Origin: an uncultured bacterium
GTDB lineage: Bacteria > Fermentibacterota > Fermentibacteria > Fermentibacterales > JCC-6
DNA length: 64,000 nt
Assembly (NCBI GenBank): GCA_964426545.1
Contig: CAYRQP010000005.1
Location: 31,315 to 95,314 of the forward strand
Reading direction: 5' to 3'
Shown one piece after another: positions 29,788 to 39,798 of the stretch. The notes beneath the pieces are model-generated. The model searched no databases, was not told the origin of the DNA, and saw only the letters and a list, made by a program, of their open reading frames with translations. Each line of letters begins with the position of its first letter. The first letter of the stretch is position 1. The translations under genes were made by a program, and so were the position numbers.

Positions 29788-30909
29788 TCATTCCGGCATG
29801 TCCATCAGGAATATCTCATAGTAATACTCTGGGTTTTCCGAATATGCCATCATTCCGTATTCATCGATGATGAATTTCCAGAAGGGTGCATCATCACCGG
29901 CTCCCTGAACTTCCGCGGTAAAGAGTAATTCTCCGGCCTGTGTGTATACATCGAACACGGGAGTGATTTCAGTTCCACGCTGCACCCAGATTCTGTCCGC
30001 AGCATCGACGCCGAGAGCGGATATCATGTATCTGTAAGGCTCGGGTTCATAGTCAATAACCACTCCCTGCGCGCCGATACTTCTCAACCAGTTCTCCATC
30101 CAGAGCTTCTCGTCGTTGATTTCAGACTCGTTCTTGGCAACCGGTAAAAACTCGCGTGAGAACTCATTCAGAAGCTCCCCATCTTTGTTGAAAATCTGAA
30201 CCATGTAATCTTCGGTGGAGCATGGAGCCATATAGACATTACCGGATCTGTCTGCCGTATAGACAGTACTGAAGAGCGAAGCCTTGAGAAGCTCTGTCAA
30301 ATCCTGGGGATCGAAGGGGAATTCATCCTCATAGTATTTCACAGATGGTTCATTGTTTTCTTCGTATCGTCCTACATGAAAGAAACAGATGAGATTTCCG
30401 TCTATCATGTCGACGGTTAACTTAGAAGCGATGTAGGCATTGGAATCGGCACCAATCATGTTCATGGGAGGATTATTCGTGAATTCTGCCGAAAGCCCTT
30501 CCCATTCTCCATCCGGATAGAAGATGTGCATACCACCCTGCATCGGAGCGCAAACTGTGATCCTGCCGTCACCAAGGACTGCCATCGAGAAAGCCATTGT
30601 AATCTCACCGGGACCGTTACCCGAGCGGGATATCTGCCGAATGAACTCACCGTCCGGGGAGAATACCCGAACACAGGAAGCAGCTCTGTCCAGCATGTAA
30701 ATGTTGCCGTCAGGCCCGTGTCCGAGATCCTGGATAGTGCCGAACACGTAATTGGTGTCACCGAGGTCGACACCGATAGTGTTCACAATTTCGATGGGGA
30801 TGCGGGTTTCGAGAGCATCAGTTACATGCTGATTATCCGATTCGTCCGCCGAAGTTCCGCAGGAGATGAGGATGAGGGATATCACTAGAGTACTGAGAAT
30901 TTTCTTCAT
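29788..30909 (-). CDS. 6-bladed beta-propeller (NHL-like) lipoprotein
   Basis: Lipobox LISC; IGVDLGDTNYVFG..DGNIYMLD..VFSPDGEFIRQISRSGNGPGE; paralog of 38619-39764. Confidence 0.85.
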   Translation of the reverse strand: MKKILSTLVISLILISCGTSADESDNQHVTDALETRIPIEIVNTIGVDLGDTNYVFGTIQDLGHGPDGNIYMLDRAASCVRVFSPDGEFIRQISRSGNGPGEITMAFSMAVLGDGRITVCAPMQGGMHIFYPDGEWEGLSAEFTNNPPMNMIGADSNAYIASKLTVDMIDGNLICFFHVGRYEENNEPSVKYYEDEFPFDPQDLTELLKASLFSTVYTADRSGNVYMAPCSTEDYMVQIFNKDGELLNEFSREFLPVAKNESEINDEKLWMENWLRSIGAQGVVIDYEPEPYRYMISALGVDAADRIWVQRGTEITPVFDVYTQAGELLFTAEVQGAGDDAPFWKFIIDEYGMMAYSENPEYYYEIFLMDMPE

Positions 30910-31147
30910 GTTGACCTTTCGTTATCTGTTTAGTAACAGATGTGTCTTTGCATGAAGTACCTGCAGTTTTCAACTTTATCGATATTTCTTTGGCTGAATA
31001 TACTCTTCATAAAAAGACACAGTCAAGAGACAATCTGCTGGAACCACTCTTCGTTCAGATATTAAAGATGTTCAACTTAATATGTCGTGATTCCCGGTGG
31101 TCATTATAATAATTAAATGATCTAGTTTTTAAATTGGAGATGACCGC

Positions 31148-32830
31148 ATGAATATTCTGCCCATGATACTCGTGCTGCTTGCCGGTTGGGAATCCGTTGG
31201 TCCTTCAGGTGGGGAAGTGCTTGCTGTTCTTCAGTCGAATCAGAACCCCGACATTCTGTATGCACTGTCCGGTTTCGCCCCCACGATGGTCATTAGCTCT
31301 GAGGATAAGGGTGGTTCCTGGGTTACAATCTCGAACTTCGATTCGTATGAAGCTCCAAAAGAAATGACAATGACATCGGACGGGAAAATGGTTGCCGTCG
31401 GGGCGAATCATATATGGGTATCCGGGGACGGGGGAATGAGCTGGAGCAATGACTACTTCTGGGACTACAGTTTCTATGATGTTGTTCCTCATCTGGAGAA
31501 TGAGAATGAACTGTTTGCTGCGGGCAGAATCGAATCGAGCGGAAGAATAACCTATTTCCATTCGACTGATTGCGGAAGCACTTGGGATGCGACTGTCCTG
31601 AAGGACTCGCTTCAGTCCTATGGTCTTTGTATTGCTGTTTCTGCATCCGATCCGGATGTCATTCTGGTAGGCGGATACAGTTTTGAAATGGTATGGGAAC
31701 CCTATCTCTTCCGCTCGGTTGACGGGGGCGGGACTTTCACAGAAGTGACTGCTACGGAAATGCTCGGTGAAAACAGGATTCACGGAGTAGGGATTCATCC
31801 CGATAACCCCGATATAATGCTTGCAGGTACAAAGTCAGGCATATACCCGCTCGACTGACCGCTGGCTCACTTGGACGCTGCGGGGAGAGCAGTATTTCAG
31901 CAAGGACATCACATTCAGCTCAACCAATCCCGACCTGGTCATGTGTTGCGGAGATGCAGAAGAGTATGGAATTCATATAAGCAGCGATGGCGGGCAAACC
32001 TGGACAAGCAGCACAGCAGGACTCGAAGGAGATAATTTCAACTGGGTCGAGATCGACCCTGAACACCCACAGCTTGCATACACCTGCAGCAACAACGGTT
32101 TCTTCCGGAGTTTCGATCGCGGACTTACCTGGAACCTGAGCAATGAGGGCATTGTAATCTGTCATATAGTATCGATGGAATCAGCGGAACACCGCAGTCC
32201 CTCTTGGTCTGCCCGCATGATGGAAACCTGCTTACCTGTGCTTCATCGAACGCCTTGTATGCTTCTGATGATGCCGGGTTGAACTGGTACAGGGTCTCAA
32301 CCGATTTCGGGGGAGTCAATGATCTTGTCCAAACCGGAGATTTAAGTTTCGATGAAGGTATTCTAATCGCTACCGCTGACGAAGGTGTCTGGCACTGGGA
32401 CTGGAACTGGACTCCGTATCAGCTATTTGGAGAATTTGGGGAGTCTGAAACCACCTGCGTTGAAGATTTTGCTTTTGACCAGTTTATCTATGCAGGTACA
32501 GACGGGTCAGCAGTTTGGAACCGTTACTACGGGCTGGGGGTCGAAGAAGGAGGAGGTATCGAGATAGAGAATCCCGTGTTTTCAATTCATCCCAACCCGG
32601 CAACCGATAATCAGGTTTCTGCGGTAATCACTTTGAATTATCCGCCTGAAACGAGCATCTCGGTTTTCGACATTACGGGAAGGCTGATAAGCACGCCACA
32701 TTCCGGTCTGCTTGAAGCAGGAGAGCATACAATATCGCTCGATGTATTCCCATTTCCCCCCGGGATGTACTTTGCCCGGCTACAAACGGACAGAACAACC
32801 GCTTCGGTGAAGTTTCTGGTTGTGGATTAG
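31148..32830 (+). pseudogene. BNR/Asp-box repeat secreted protein with T9SS-type C-terminal sorting domain, split by two frameshifts
   Basis: Asp-boxes (SEDKGGSW, STDCGSTW, SSDGGQTW, SFDRGLTW, SDDAGLNW) across three ORFs; CTD FSIHPNP..SVFDITGRLI..GMYFARL; frameshifts near 31846 and 32180. Confidence 0.8.
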
Positions 32831-32888
32831 GCACATCATGTAAGCAAGGGGCGAAAGAGCTTCAAGTCAGACACTCATCAGAACAGGA

Positions 32889-33044
32889 AAGTATCCTGAC
32901 CGGCAGATTCTTGTTGTTCAAATTGCTGACTACTGCTACATTGTTCCGTTCATAGAAACTGATAAGGGTATGTTTTTGAAAACTATTATTCCAAGCAGTA
33001 AGGCTACGAAGGTGTATTTAGGGAGCGGTCATGAAAAAGAATAA
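32889..33044 (+). pseudogene. BrnT-like toxin remnant (N-terminal half missing)
   Basis: KYPDRQILVVQIADYCYIVPFIETDKGMFLKTIIPSSKATKVYLG; no start codon in this frame; overlaps the antitoxin start. Confidence 0.7.
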
Positions 33045-33341
33045 ACTCAGCAACGAAGAAGAACAGATTCTGGATTCGTTCGAGAATGACGAGTGGCAGA
33101 GAGGATCTGATTCCGAGAAGGAAATCGATAAACATCGGACTTATGCCCGGAATACTCTAAAAAAGGACCGGAGGATCAACATACGGATATCCTCGAAGGA
33201 CCTTGAAAAACTTCAATTGATTGCTATCGAAGACGGTATACCTTATCAGCTCTGATTGCCAGTATCCTGCATAGATATGTTACAGGAAGATTTGAGGAGA
33301 AATCCAGGTTCAGCGGCAGGGTTGACCAAATCTGTGAGTAG
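33031..33341 (+). pseudogene. BrnA/CopG-like antitoxin, frameshifted
   Basis: EEEQILDSFENDEW..KKDRRINIRISSKDL..EDGIPYQ then 1-nt shift to LIASILHRYVTGR. Confidence 0.75.
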
Positions 33342-33471
33342 AGAGTCGTTTTATTCACACTTCTCTGATACCTAAGACACATTTTACATATTAGAAAATT
33401 GCTTTTTGTGCGAGTTCACCCTATTCCATATATTACCGTTTCACTCTCTTCCGGTTAATCAAGGAAAACAA

Positions 33472-34035
33472 ATGAAAAGAGGAAAAATGTACAAACTTCT
33501 CATACTTGTAAGTTCGATGCTGATTTTGGGAGTCGCCTGCAGCGATGCCCCACAGGAAGATAATGCAGTTGTAGAACAGACAATTGAAGTAAGCGAGCCG
33601 GCTATAGAAGTAGTTCTTCCGGACACCAGTCCCGAAGCAGCCTTCAATGCCTTCATAGAAGCAATGAAGAACGGTGATGCACAAACTATCATTGAGTTCT
33701 ATCCTTCGGAAGCCTTGTTCCAGATGGAAATGCAGCTTGAACAGATAAAAACTGATACAACAGGTCAGATTGCGCTGGCATTTGCTCAAATGGGCATAAA
33801 TGTCACGCCTGAAGAACTTCAGAACTGGACTGCAGTAGATATGGTGGAAGCTCAGATTACATCCCCGATGATGCAGGGCCAGTTTGACGGCGTTAGTGTA
33901 GTCGGAAGCACAGTCGAAGGCGAAACTGCTATTGTTGAAATCGAGATGTTTATTCCCGAAATGGATACTACCATAGTAACTGAAGCCATACTAATTCTTG
34001 AAGATGGTCAGTGGAAAATGGGTCAAGGTTTCTAA
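33472..34035 (+). CDS. Hypothetical lipoprotein
   Basis: Lipobox GVAC; SPEAAFNAFIEAMKNGD..LILEDGQWK (NTF2/DUF4878-like pattern); start 33472 or 33487. Confidence 0.7.
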   Translation: MKRGKMYKLLILVSSMLILGVACSDAPQEDNAVVEQTIEVSEPAIEVVLPDTSPEAAFNAFIEAMKNGDAQTIIEFYPSEALFQMEMQLEQIKTDTTGQIALAFAQMGINVTPEELQNWTAVDMVEAQITSPMMQGQFDGVSVVGSTVEGETAIVEIEMFIPEMDTTIVTEAILILEDGQWKMGQGF

Positions 34036-34111
34036 TCAACCCGCTGTGATCTGATACACCTGGAGTCGGTCCGTGGGTATATTTCTTATCGCTGTAGTCT
34101 ATTTGAAACGA

Positions 34112-34342
34112 TTATTGCTCTGCAATCTTATAAATAAGCATCTCTTTCCTATCTGCACACGAGCAGCCTCTGCATGACCCGCCAGAAGAACATTCGGCAT
34201 CAAGAAGGTATACCCTGCCCTTTCGAAGCAGGATATCCATCGTTGGTTCGAGTGCATCTGCAGTCATACCGAAATGATTCATGAGTTCAGCCAGCGAAAG
34301 CCGTCCGTGTTCTTCAAGAAGTTTCAGTATTTCAGAGAGCAT
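34112..34342 (-). CDS. feoC: FeoC-like winged-helix protein
   Basis: MLSEILKLLEEHGRLSLAEL..LLRKGRV..CSSGGSCRGCSC; directly after feoB; ATG 34342. Confidence 0.8.
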   Translation of the reverse strand: MLSEILKLLEEHGRLSLAELMNHFGMTADALEPTMDILLRKGRVYLLDAECSSGGSCRGCSCADRKEMLIYKIAEQ

Positions 34343-34344
34343 AT

Positions 34345-36633
34345 TTACGCCTTCAGTTTTCCGCTGTTCGCTATGATTTTCAGCACACCGATGATTCCGC
34401 CAAGTAGAGCAAGTGCAATGCCTATCCACAGGATTCCGCTGCCCGGGTGAGAAGAGAAGGTGCCTATCTGATAGAACAGCGTACTGATTATCCAGGCAAG
34501 AAGCGTCAGATATGCTGTCGATATTACTGCCCATTTCCAGTTTGTTTCACGGTAGATAGTGGCTATCACCGCAAGGCAGGGAGCATATATCAGTATGAAG
34601 AGAATATAGGCGAATCCGCTGACAGGACCATCGAAATGCTCCTGAATCATCTCGACTGTAGTTTTTGGTGACTCGGTCAACCCACTTCCATCCATCGAGT
34701 CCGAAAACTCATCTTCACTGCTTCCGTCTGAACTCCACATTGCAGCGAAGCCCTCCGGAATGGCTCTGAAGGCATTTGTGATTTGGTTCTGGAAGTTAAA
34801 ATCTGCATTCTCTGCCTCTTCGTCTGATTCGGATTCCATAGAACTGTAAAGGTTGTCCAGCGTACTGACCACCGTTTCCTTCGCAAATATCCCGCTCAGA
34901 AAACCAACAGCTGCAGGCCAGTTGTCCGACTCTATACCCATGGGAGTAATAACGGGTACGACCATTCTTCCAATTTCAGACAGGAGTGAGTTCTCCGAAT
35001 CGGCGTTGCCGAAACTACCGTCGGTTCCGATCGAATTCAGCAGACTCAAGAGTATCACGAATACGATGATTATCTTCCCTGCGCGAAGAAGAAAACTGTT
35101 CAGGCGCGTGAGTGTATGATACATGATACCCCTGAAAGTCGGAAGGTGATAGGGGGGGAGTTCCATCACGAAAGTCGATGCTTCACCCTTCAGGACTGTC
35201 TTCTTGAACAGAAGCCCTGTCCCCACGGCCAGGAGTATACCAATAGCGTATATGCAAAACAGGACCTGCCCACCGTGTCTTGAGAAGAATGCAGCGACAA
35301 AAAGTGTGTAGACAGGCAGCCTTGCACCGCAGGACATGAAGGGATTTATCATTATAGCAAGAACTCTGTCACGGTTGCTTTCGAGGGTTCTGGTTGCCAG
35401 GATTGCAGGAACATTGCAACCGAAACCAACGAGCATAGGGATGAATGCTTTCCCGGGGAGTCCAACTTTTCTGAGATAACGGTCAGTCACAAAAGCAGCT
35501 CTCGACATGTATCCCGAATCTTCGAGAATCGAAAGGCATAAGAAGATGAGGAAGATGGGAGGGATGAAAGTCGAAACAGTCTGAATCCCACCTCCTGCGC
35601 CTTCGGCAAGAAATACAACAACCCAGTCGGGAGAGTTGAGCGAAAGCAGGACTGATTTCAGACCATCTACGAAGACAGCACCGGTTAACCTATCGAAAAA
35701 CTCTACGAACGGACTCCCAAAATTCATCGTAGTGACAAATACGAGGAACATAATCGTAAAGAAGATCGGAATACCGAGAGTTCTATTCAATATTACACTG
35801 TCTATCCTGTCAGACCTGGTAATTCTCATGTCACCTGAGCGACTCACGACATCCTTCACAAGCCCGTGAATGAATCCATATCTTCCGTCAGCAAGAATGA
35901 TGTCCATTTCGCTGCCGACATGTCTTTCCACTCGAGTAATCTCAGACTTTAGAAGGTCAGTCGGTATATCATCCCCGCACAATTCAGTTGCATAGGCATC
36001 TTCTTCGAGGAGTTTGAGAGCGAGCCACCTGCTATCCACCTGGTTGTTTTCAGCGATACGAAGCACACTTTCGCTAATTGTCTTGACAGAATCTTCAAGT
36101 ACAGAATCGTAAAGTATTTGAGTCTGCGGAATGTACTTTCGCACTGCTGCTGCATTTATCTCATTCTTGAGTTCAGTGATACCTTTTCGCTTTGAAGCGA
36201 CAATCGGGATGACAGGGCAGCCGAGATGCTCAGCAAGATGATCTATCTCAATACGAATCTGCCGATTCTCGGCTACATCAGTCATGTTCAGTGCAATTAT
36301 CATAGGCACTTTCATCTCGAGAATCTGGGTTGTCAGAAACAGATTTCTCTCGAGATTCGTAGCATCGACGATATTCACTATCAGGTCAGGGCGCTCAGTT
36401 AGAATGAACTGCCTGGCAATCGATTCATCCATAGAGAATGCGGTGAAGGAGTATATCCCAGGAAGATCGGTGATATTTATCTGTGTCCCTGCATGCTTGT
36501 ATTCACCTTCAATACGCTCGACGGTAACGCCCGGCCAGTTCCCTACGCGCTGGTGCGATCCGGTCATTGCGTTTAAAAGGGTAGTCTTTCCGACGTTCGG
36601 ATTTCCTGCTACTGCTATTCGAATACTCTTCAT
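34345..36633 (-). CDS. feoB: Ferrous iron transporter B
   Basis: GNPNVGKT, VGNWPGVTVE, DLPGIYS, LEDSGYMSRAAF, GFGCNVPA, CGARLPVY, AKETVV. Confidence 0.97.
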   Translation of the reverse strand: MKSIRIAVAGNPNVGKTTLLNAMTGSHQRVGNWPGVTVERIEGEYKHAGTQINITDLPGIYSFTAFSMDESIARQFILTERPDLIVNIVDATNLERNLFLTTQILEMKVPMIIALNMTDVAENRQIRIEIDHLAEHLGCPVIPIVASKRKGITELKNEINAAAVRKYIPQTQILYDSVLEDSVKTISESVLRIAENNQVDSRWLALKLLEEDAYATELCGDDIPTDLLKSEITRVERHVGSEMDIILADGRYGFIHGLVKDVVSRSGDMRITRSDRIDSVILNRTLGIPIFFTIMFLVFVTTMNFGSPFVEFFDRLTGAVFVDGLKSVLLSLNSPDWVVVFLAEGAGGGIQTVSTFIPPIFLIFLCLSILEDSGYMSRAAFVTDRYLRKVGLPGKAFIPMLVGFGCNVPAILATRTLESNRDRVLAIMINPFMSCGARLPVYTLFVAAFFSRHGGQVLFCIYAIGILLAVGTGLLFKKTVLKGEASTFVMELPPYHLPTFRGIMYHTLTRLNSFLLRAGKIIIVFVILLSLLNSIGTDGSFGNADSENSLLSEIGRMVVPVITPMGIESDNWPAAVGFLSGIFAKETVVSTLDNLYSSMESESDEEAENADFNFQNQITNAFRAIPEGFAAMWSSDGSSEDEFSDSMDGSGLTESPKTTVEMIQEHFDGPVSGFAYILFILIYAPCLAVIATIYRETNWKWAVISTAYLTLLAWIISTLFYQIGTFSSHPGSGILWIGIALALLGGIIGVLKIIANSGKLKA

Positions 36634-36674
36634 TGTCTACTTTCTGCCTGCAGGCATTAGTCTAACATAGATAG

Positions 36675-36690
36675 TTTAGCTATACCTAAA
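36675..36690. promoter_or_regulatory. Candidate DtxR-family operator upstream of feoB
   Basis: TTTAG-CTATAC-CTAAA within a larger imperfect palindrome ATAG...CCTAT. Confidence 0.65.
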
Positions 36691-36705
36691 CCTATTTCCA
36701 AAAAA

Positions 36706-37413
36706 TTATCCGCGTTTAACTATTATTTTTCCAGATTCATCCTGACCGAGCATGAAGCGTGAGTCACCGGTTCCGATAAGCAGGGGACCTCTACTTTCCG
36801 ATGAGTGAATGACACTCACAAGAGAACCGATTCCAAGACCCATTCCGGAAAGGCGCTCTCTGAATTTTCTCCCGCCGTTCAGCTTGACAACTTTCGCATT
36901 CTCGCCTGATTTAAGGCTGGATAGTTTTATTTCCGATGTATCATCTGAATCAACTACATCTATATCTTTGACGGTATCGGGAGAGCAAACAAATCCGTCA
37001 TGATCATCAGACCATGTGATCCCACCGTATCTACAGCTCTTCTGCATCTTTAGAAAATCTGCAAATCTGTCAGCAACTTCATCGGGAATGTGATGTTCGA
37101 TGCCGCAGGCGCATGCTTCGGCAACATCAGGGTCGATTGCGAGGACATTTAGGAAGAAGTCCTTGAATATCCTGTGCTTTTCCACTATTCTGCGAGCAAG
37201 TTTAATACCTTCATCAGTAAGGGTGATGGTTTCATAGGGGATATGGTTAATGAGTTCTCTCGTTGAGAGAGATTTGAGTGCACTGGTTACCGATGAATTG
37301 GCAACTCCGAGTTTGTCTGCTATATCCTGTCCCCGTACTACACCTTTTGTATAGGTGATGTTGTATATGGCTTCAAGATAATCTTCGAGACTCTCTGTCA
37401 ATTTCGTTTTCAT
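36706..37413 (-). CDS. DtxR/MntR-family metal-dependent regulator with C-terminal FeoA domain
   Basis: LTESLEDYLEAIY..DIADKLGVANSSVT..ACGIEH; FeoA RERLSGMGLGIG..GPLLI; AAGGA RBS before 37413. Confidence 0.9.
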   Translation of the reverse strand: MKTKLTESLEDYLEAIYNITYTKGVVRGQDIADKLGVANSSVTSALKSLSTRELINHIPYETITLTDEGIKLARRIVEKHRIFKDFFLNVLAIDPDVAEACACGIEHHIPDEVADRFADFLKMQKSCRYGGITWSDDHDGFVCSPDTVKDIDVVDSDDTSEIKLSSLKSGENAKVVKLNGGRKFRERLSGMGLGIGSLVSVIHSSESRGPLLIGTGDSRFMLGQDESGKIIVKRG

Positions 37414-37442
37414 AACCATCCTTTTTACCCGGCACTAAATAA

Positions 37443-37458
37443 TTTAGACACCCCTAAA
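37443..37458. promoter_or_regulatory. Candidate DtxR-family operator upstream of the regulator gene
   Basis: TTTAG-ACACCC-CTAAA, same arms and spacing as 36675. Confidence 0.65.
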
Positions 37459-37481
37459 ATACAAGATAATCTAAAATCGTC

Positions 37482-37646
37482 AAGAGGAGTGTCCCTATAA
37501 GCACCTGCCAAAATAAAGGAGTTCCTGCCTTCAAAGAGGAGTGTCCCCTATAAGCACCTGCCTTTTATTCAAGTACCAGCTTTAACGGGACACGAAGAAA
37601 TCATGTCCCTACAAGCAACGGGACACGAAGAAATCATGTCCCTACA
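37482..37646. repeat. REP-like repeat cluster (families A and B)
   Basis: Family A: AAGAGGAGTGTCCC(C)TATAAGCACCTGCC twice within 37482-37562; family B: AACGGGACACGAAGAAATCATGTCCCTACA at 37584-37613 and 37617-37646. Confidence 0.85.
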
Positions 37647-37680
37647 GAAGGACAAGGAGGAATGTCTCCAGATCTATTCA

Positions 37681-37709
37681 TTGACAAAATAACCTATCTA
37701 TAGTATATT
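37681..37709 (+). promoter_or_regulatory. Near-consensus sigma70 promoter
   Basis: TTGACA-N17-TATATT. Confidence 0.7.
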
Positions 37710-37837
37710 ACTTATGTGATTCGCCGATTTAATTAACAACTTGCAGGGCGATAAACAAATGCTGCTAAAGCGTTTCGATTCCTATTTCCTGACAGAGTCG
37801 TTTCGCCCAATTTGATGTCAGGGAAAAGGAGAATCTC

Positions 37838-38512
37838 ATGGGTTCACATTCATTAAGCAAAAACAGACATCTATATCACAAAACTTTCAACCTTGAAATT
37901 ACGGTTGACGGTGTTGTGATAGAAGCGTCCGTCCACAAATCATTTACATCACATAATGTGCTGCTTCACGAACCATATAGAGTAGTCGCATACGGCACTA
38001 ACCGCGTTGGAATGGGTGCCATGAATTACGAAAAATATGTGAAGAGCGAAGAGTATTTAGACAGTGAAGGGCTGATTCGAAAGGCATATCTGGCTTACAA
38101 GAGGGTAATTGATAAACTGCCCCAGTTGAAAGCGGCATTTTTCCTATACAGGATGACGGGGGGGATTGGTGTTTCAAAACAGGGTAATCACGAGAAGGAA
38201 ATCAATGCCAGAGTAAGAGAAATGCGTGAGCTGTCCTATCCAAGTGAGACAATCAGTCACAAACACTTCGAGAGATTTTGGGAAGATACCAGGAGCAGCT
38301 GTAGCTGGTATAGGGGCTATGAAACTAAATACCTTCTGGAGAATTTCCTGTTCTATGCCGATCTGGACACTTTCCTGAATTACTTTGACATGACAGTATT
38401 CTGGGCTCTGTTAAAAGACGACACCCGTCGCCTTAATGCATACATAGAGGAGTCACTAACTGATACGGATCCGATTCAGATAAGACAGATACACCGCCAA
38501 TTCAATGTGTGA
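37838..38512 (+). CDS. Hypothetical protein (no family recognised)
   Basis: 224-aa ORF with AAGGAG RBS and upstream promoter. Confidence 0.75.
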   Translation: MGSHSLSKNRHLYHKTFNLEITVDGVVIEASVHKSFTSHNVLLHEPYRVVAYGTNRVGMGAMNYEKYVKSEEYLDSEGLIRKAYLAYKRVIDKLPQLKAAFFLYRMTGGIGVSKQGNHEKEINARVREMRELSYPSETISHKHFERFWEDTRSSCSWYRGYETKYLLENFLFYADLDTFLNYFDMTVFWALLKDDTRRLNAYIEESLTDTDPIQIRQIHRQFNV

Positions 38513-38539
38513 AGAGAGTTCTACCAAAATGGGTGTAAT

Positions 38540-38613
38540 CAAAAGTGCCAGGCACTTTTGGATCGAATGAACATCGCTCCGGTGTGCAGTAGAAAAGTGC
38601 CAGGTACTATTTC
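38540..38613. repeat. Two REP-like family C palindromes between convergent genes
   Basis: CAAAAGTGCC-A-GGCACTTTTG (38540-38560) and GAAAAGTGCCAGGTACTATTTC (38592-38613). Confidence 0.7.
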
Positions 38614-38618
38614 ATGGA

Positions 38619-39764
38619 TTAGAGTTCGAGTTCAAGGACATTCAGTGTAGGATAATTAATCGGGTCGGAGACCCAGGTGATCATTCCGTTTGGCGTTATC
38701 CTGATTCTCCAGTCATCGATGTCGGGGTCATCTGACTCGAGTGATGCAGTGAAGAGAAGTTCTCCGGAAGTTGTGTCATAGACATTGTAGAAGGGATAGC
38801 GAAAGCTTCCCAGTCTGACCCAGAGCCGGTCTTCGCTGTCGGCACCGAGGTCTGCAACGGCTGGACGGTACAGAATAGGATCGAAGGAGATTGACATTCC
38901 ACCCATTGGTCCCCGTCTGCCGTGAGCACCCCTGCGTGTTATCATTTCATCGAAGTCCTCTTCTTCCTGTGCGATTTCCTCTTCTGTTTTCAGGGAAGGT
39001 CCGACCTGTTCTGTAATCGAAAGGTATTCTTCGCCACTCTTTATGTATCCCGTAATGCTGATTTCATCTGTGCTGTGCAGGACTATGAACACATTCCCAC
39101 TGTCATCAACTGTGAAAGCAGGTGCTGTTTCGAGTCCGAGCGGACCCATGTGGGACGGGTCAAACGACTGAGTGATTTCATAATAGACGGCGGTCGGTTC
39201 TGAACTGTTTTCTACACGGATTATCGAATAGCCCATATCACCGGCTTCACGGTCGAATGCCGGAAGAAGTCCGACAAGTGCAGAATTGTCTGCAGCTTCG
39301 AGTATAAACGGCGGACGCGGGAAGAAGTCAGTTATATCATGCTCCCAGTCAAGTGAATCATCGAAGAACATGAGAGCACCGCCCATTCGGTCGGAGACAG
39401 CAAGATAATCATTGCTGAGAGCTGCCATGGACATAGGAAACTGGAACTCTCCCGGACCGCTTCCCTGTCTGCCGATTGTTTCGAGGTACTCTCCGTCAGG
39501 GGAATATGACTTGATGTTCAGTTTTGCCATGTCGAGAACCAGAATATTGCCGGATGGAGTTATGCAGGCATCTTCTATCTGTCCGAATACATAGTTGGAG
39601 TCACCGAGTTCGACTCCTATAGTATTGACGATTTGAAGAGAAAAGTGGTCGGTTGTTGTGTCATCAGCAGGTTGATTCTGTCCCTGTGTTGTATTATCGG
39701 AAGGGTGTTCGCTGCAGGCTGTGATCCCGATGAATAGTGCAAGTATCAATGCAAGATATTTCAT
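38619..39764 (-). CDS. 6-bladed beta-propeller (NHL-like) lipoprotein
   Basis: Lipobox ITAC; IGVELGDSNYVFG..GNILVLD..YSPDGEYLETIGRQGSGPGEF. Confidence 0.85.
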   Translation of the reverse strand: MKYLALILALFIGITACSEHPSDNTTQGQNQPADDTTTDHFSLQIVNTIGVELGDSNYVFGQIEDACITPSGNILVLDMAKLNIKSYSPDGEYLETIGRQGSGPGEFQFPMSMAALSNDYLAVSDRMGGALMFFDDSLDWEHDITDFFPRPPFILEAADNSALVGLLPAFDREAGDMGYSIIRVENSSEPTAVYYEITQSFDPSHMGPLGLETAPAFTVDDSGNVFIVLHSTDEISITGYIKSGEEYLSITEQVGPSLKTEEEIAQEEEDFDEMITRRGAHGRRGPMGGMSISFDPILYRPAVADLGADSEDRLWVRLGSFRYPFYNVYDTTSGELLFTASLESDDPDIDDWRIRITPNGMITWVSDPINYPTLNVLELEL

Positions 39765-39798
39765 GTTTACTCCTTTGGTGAGAATGTAATATACAAAT

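Noticed and set aside
31148-32830. Three separate genes or programmed frameshifting
   Set aside because: Asp-box repeats continue across the frame junctions; no canonical slippery heptamer recognised
37584-37646. Mini CRISPR array of 30-bp repeats
   Set aside because: Spacer is only 3 nt
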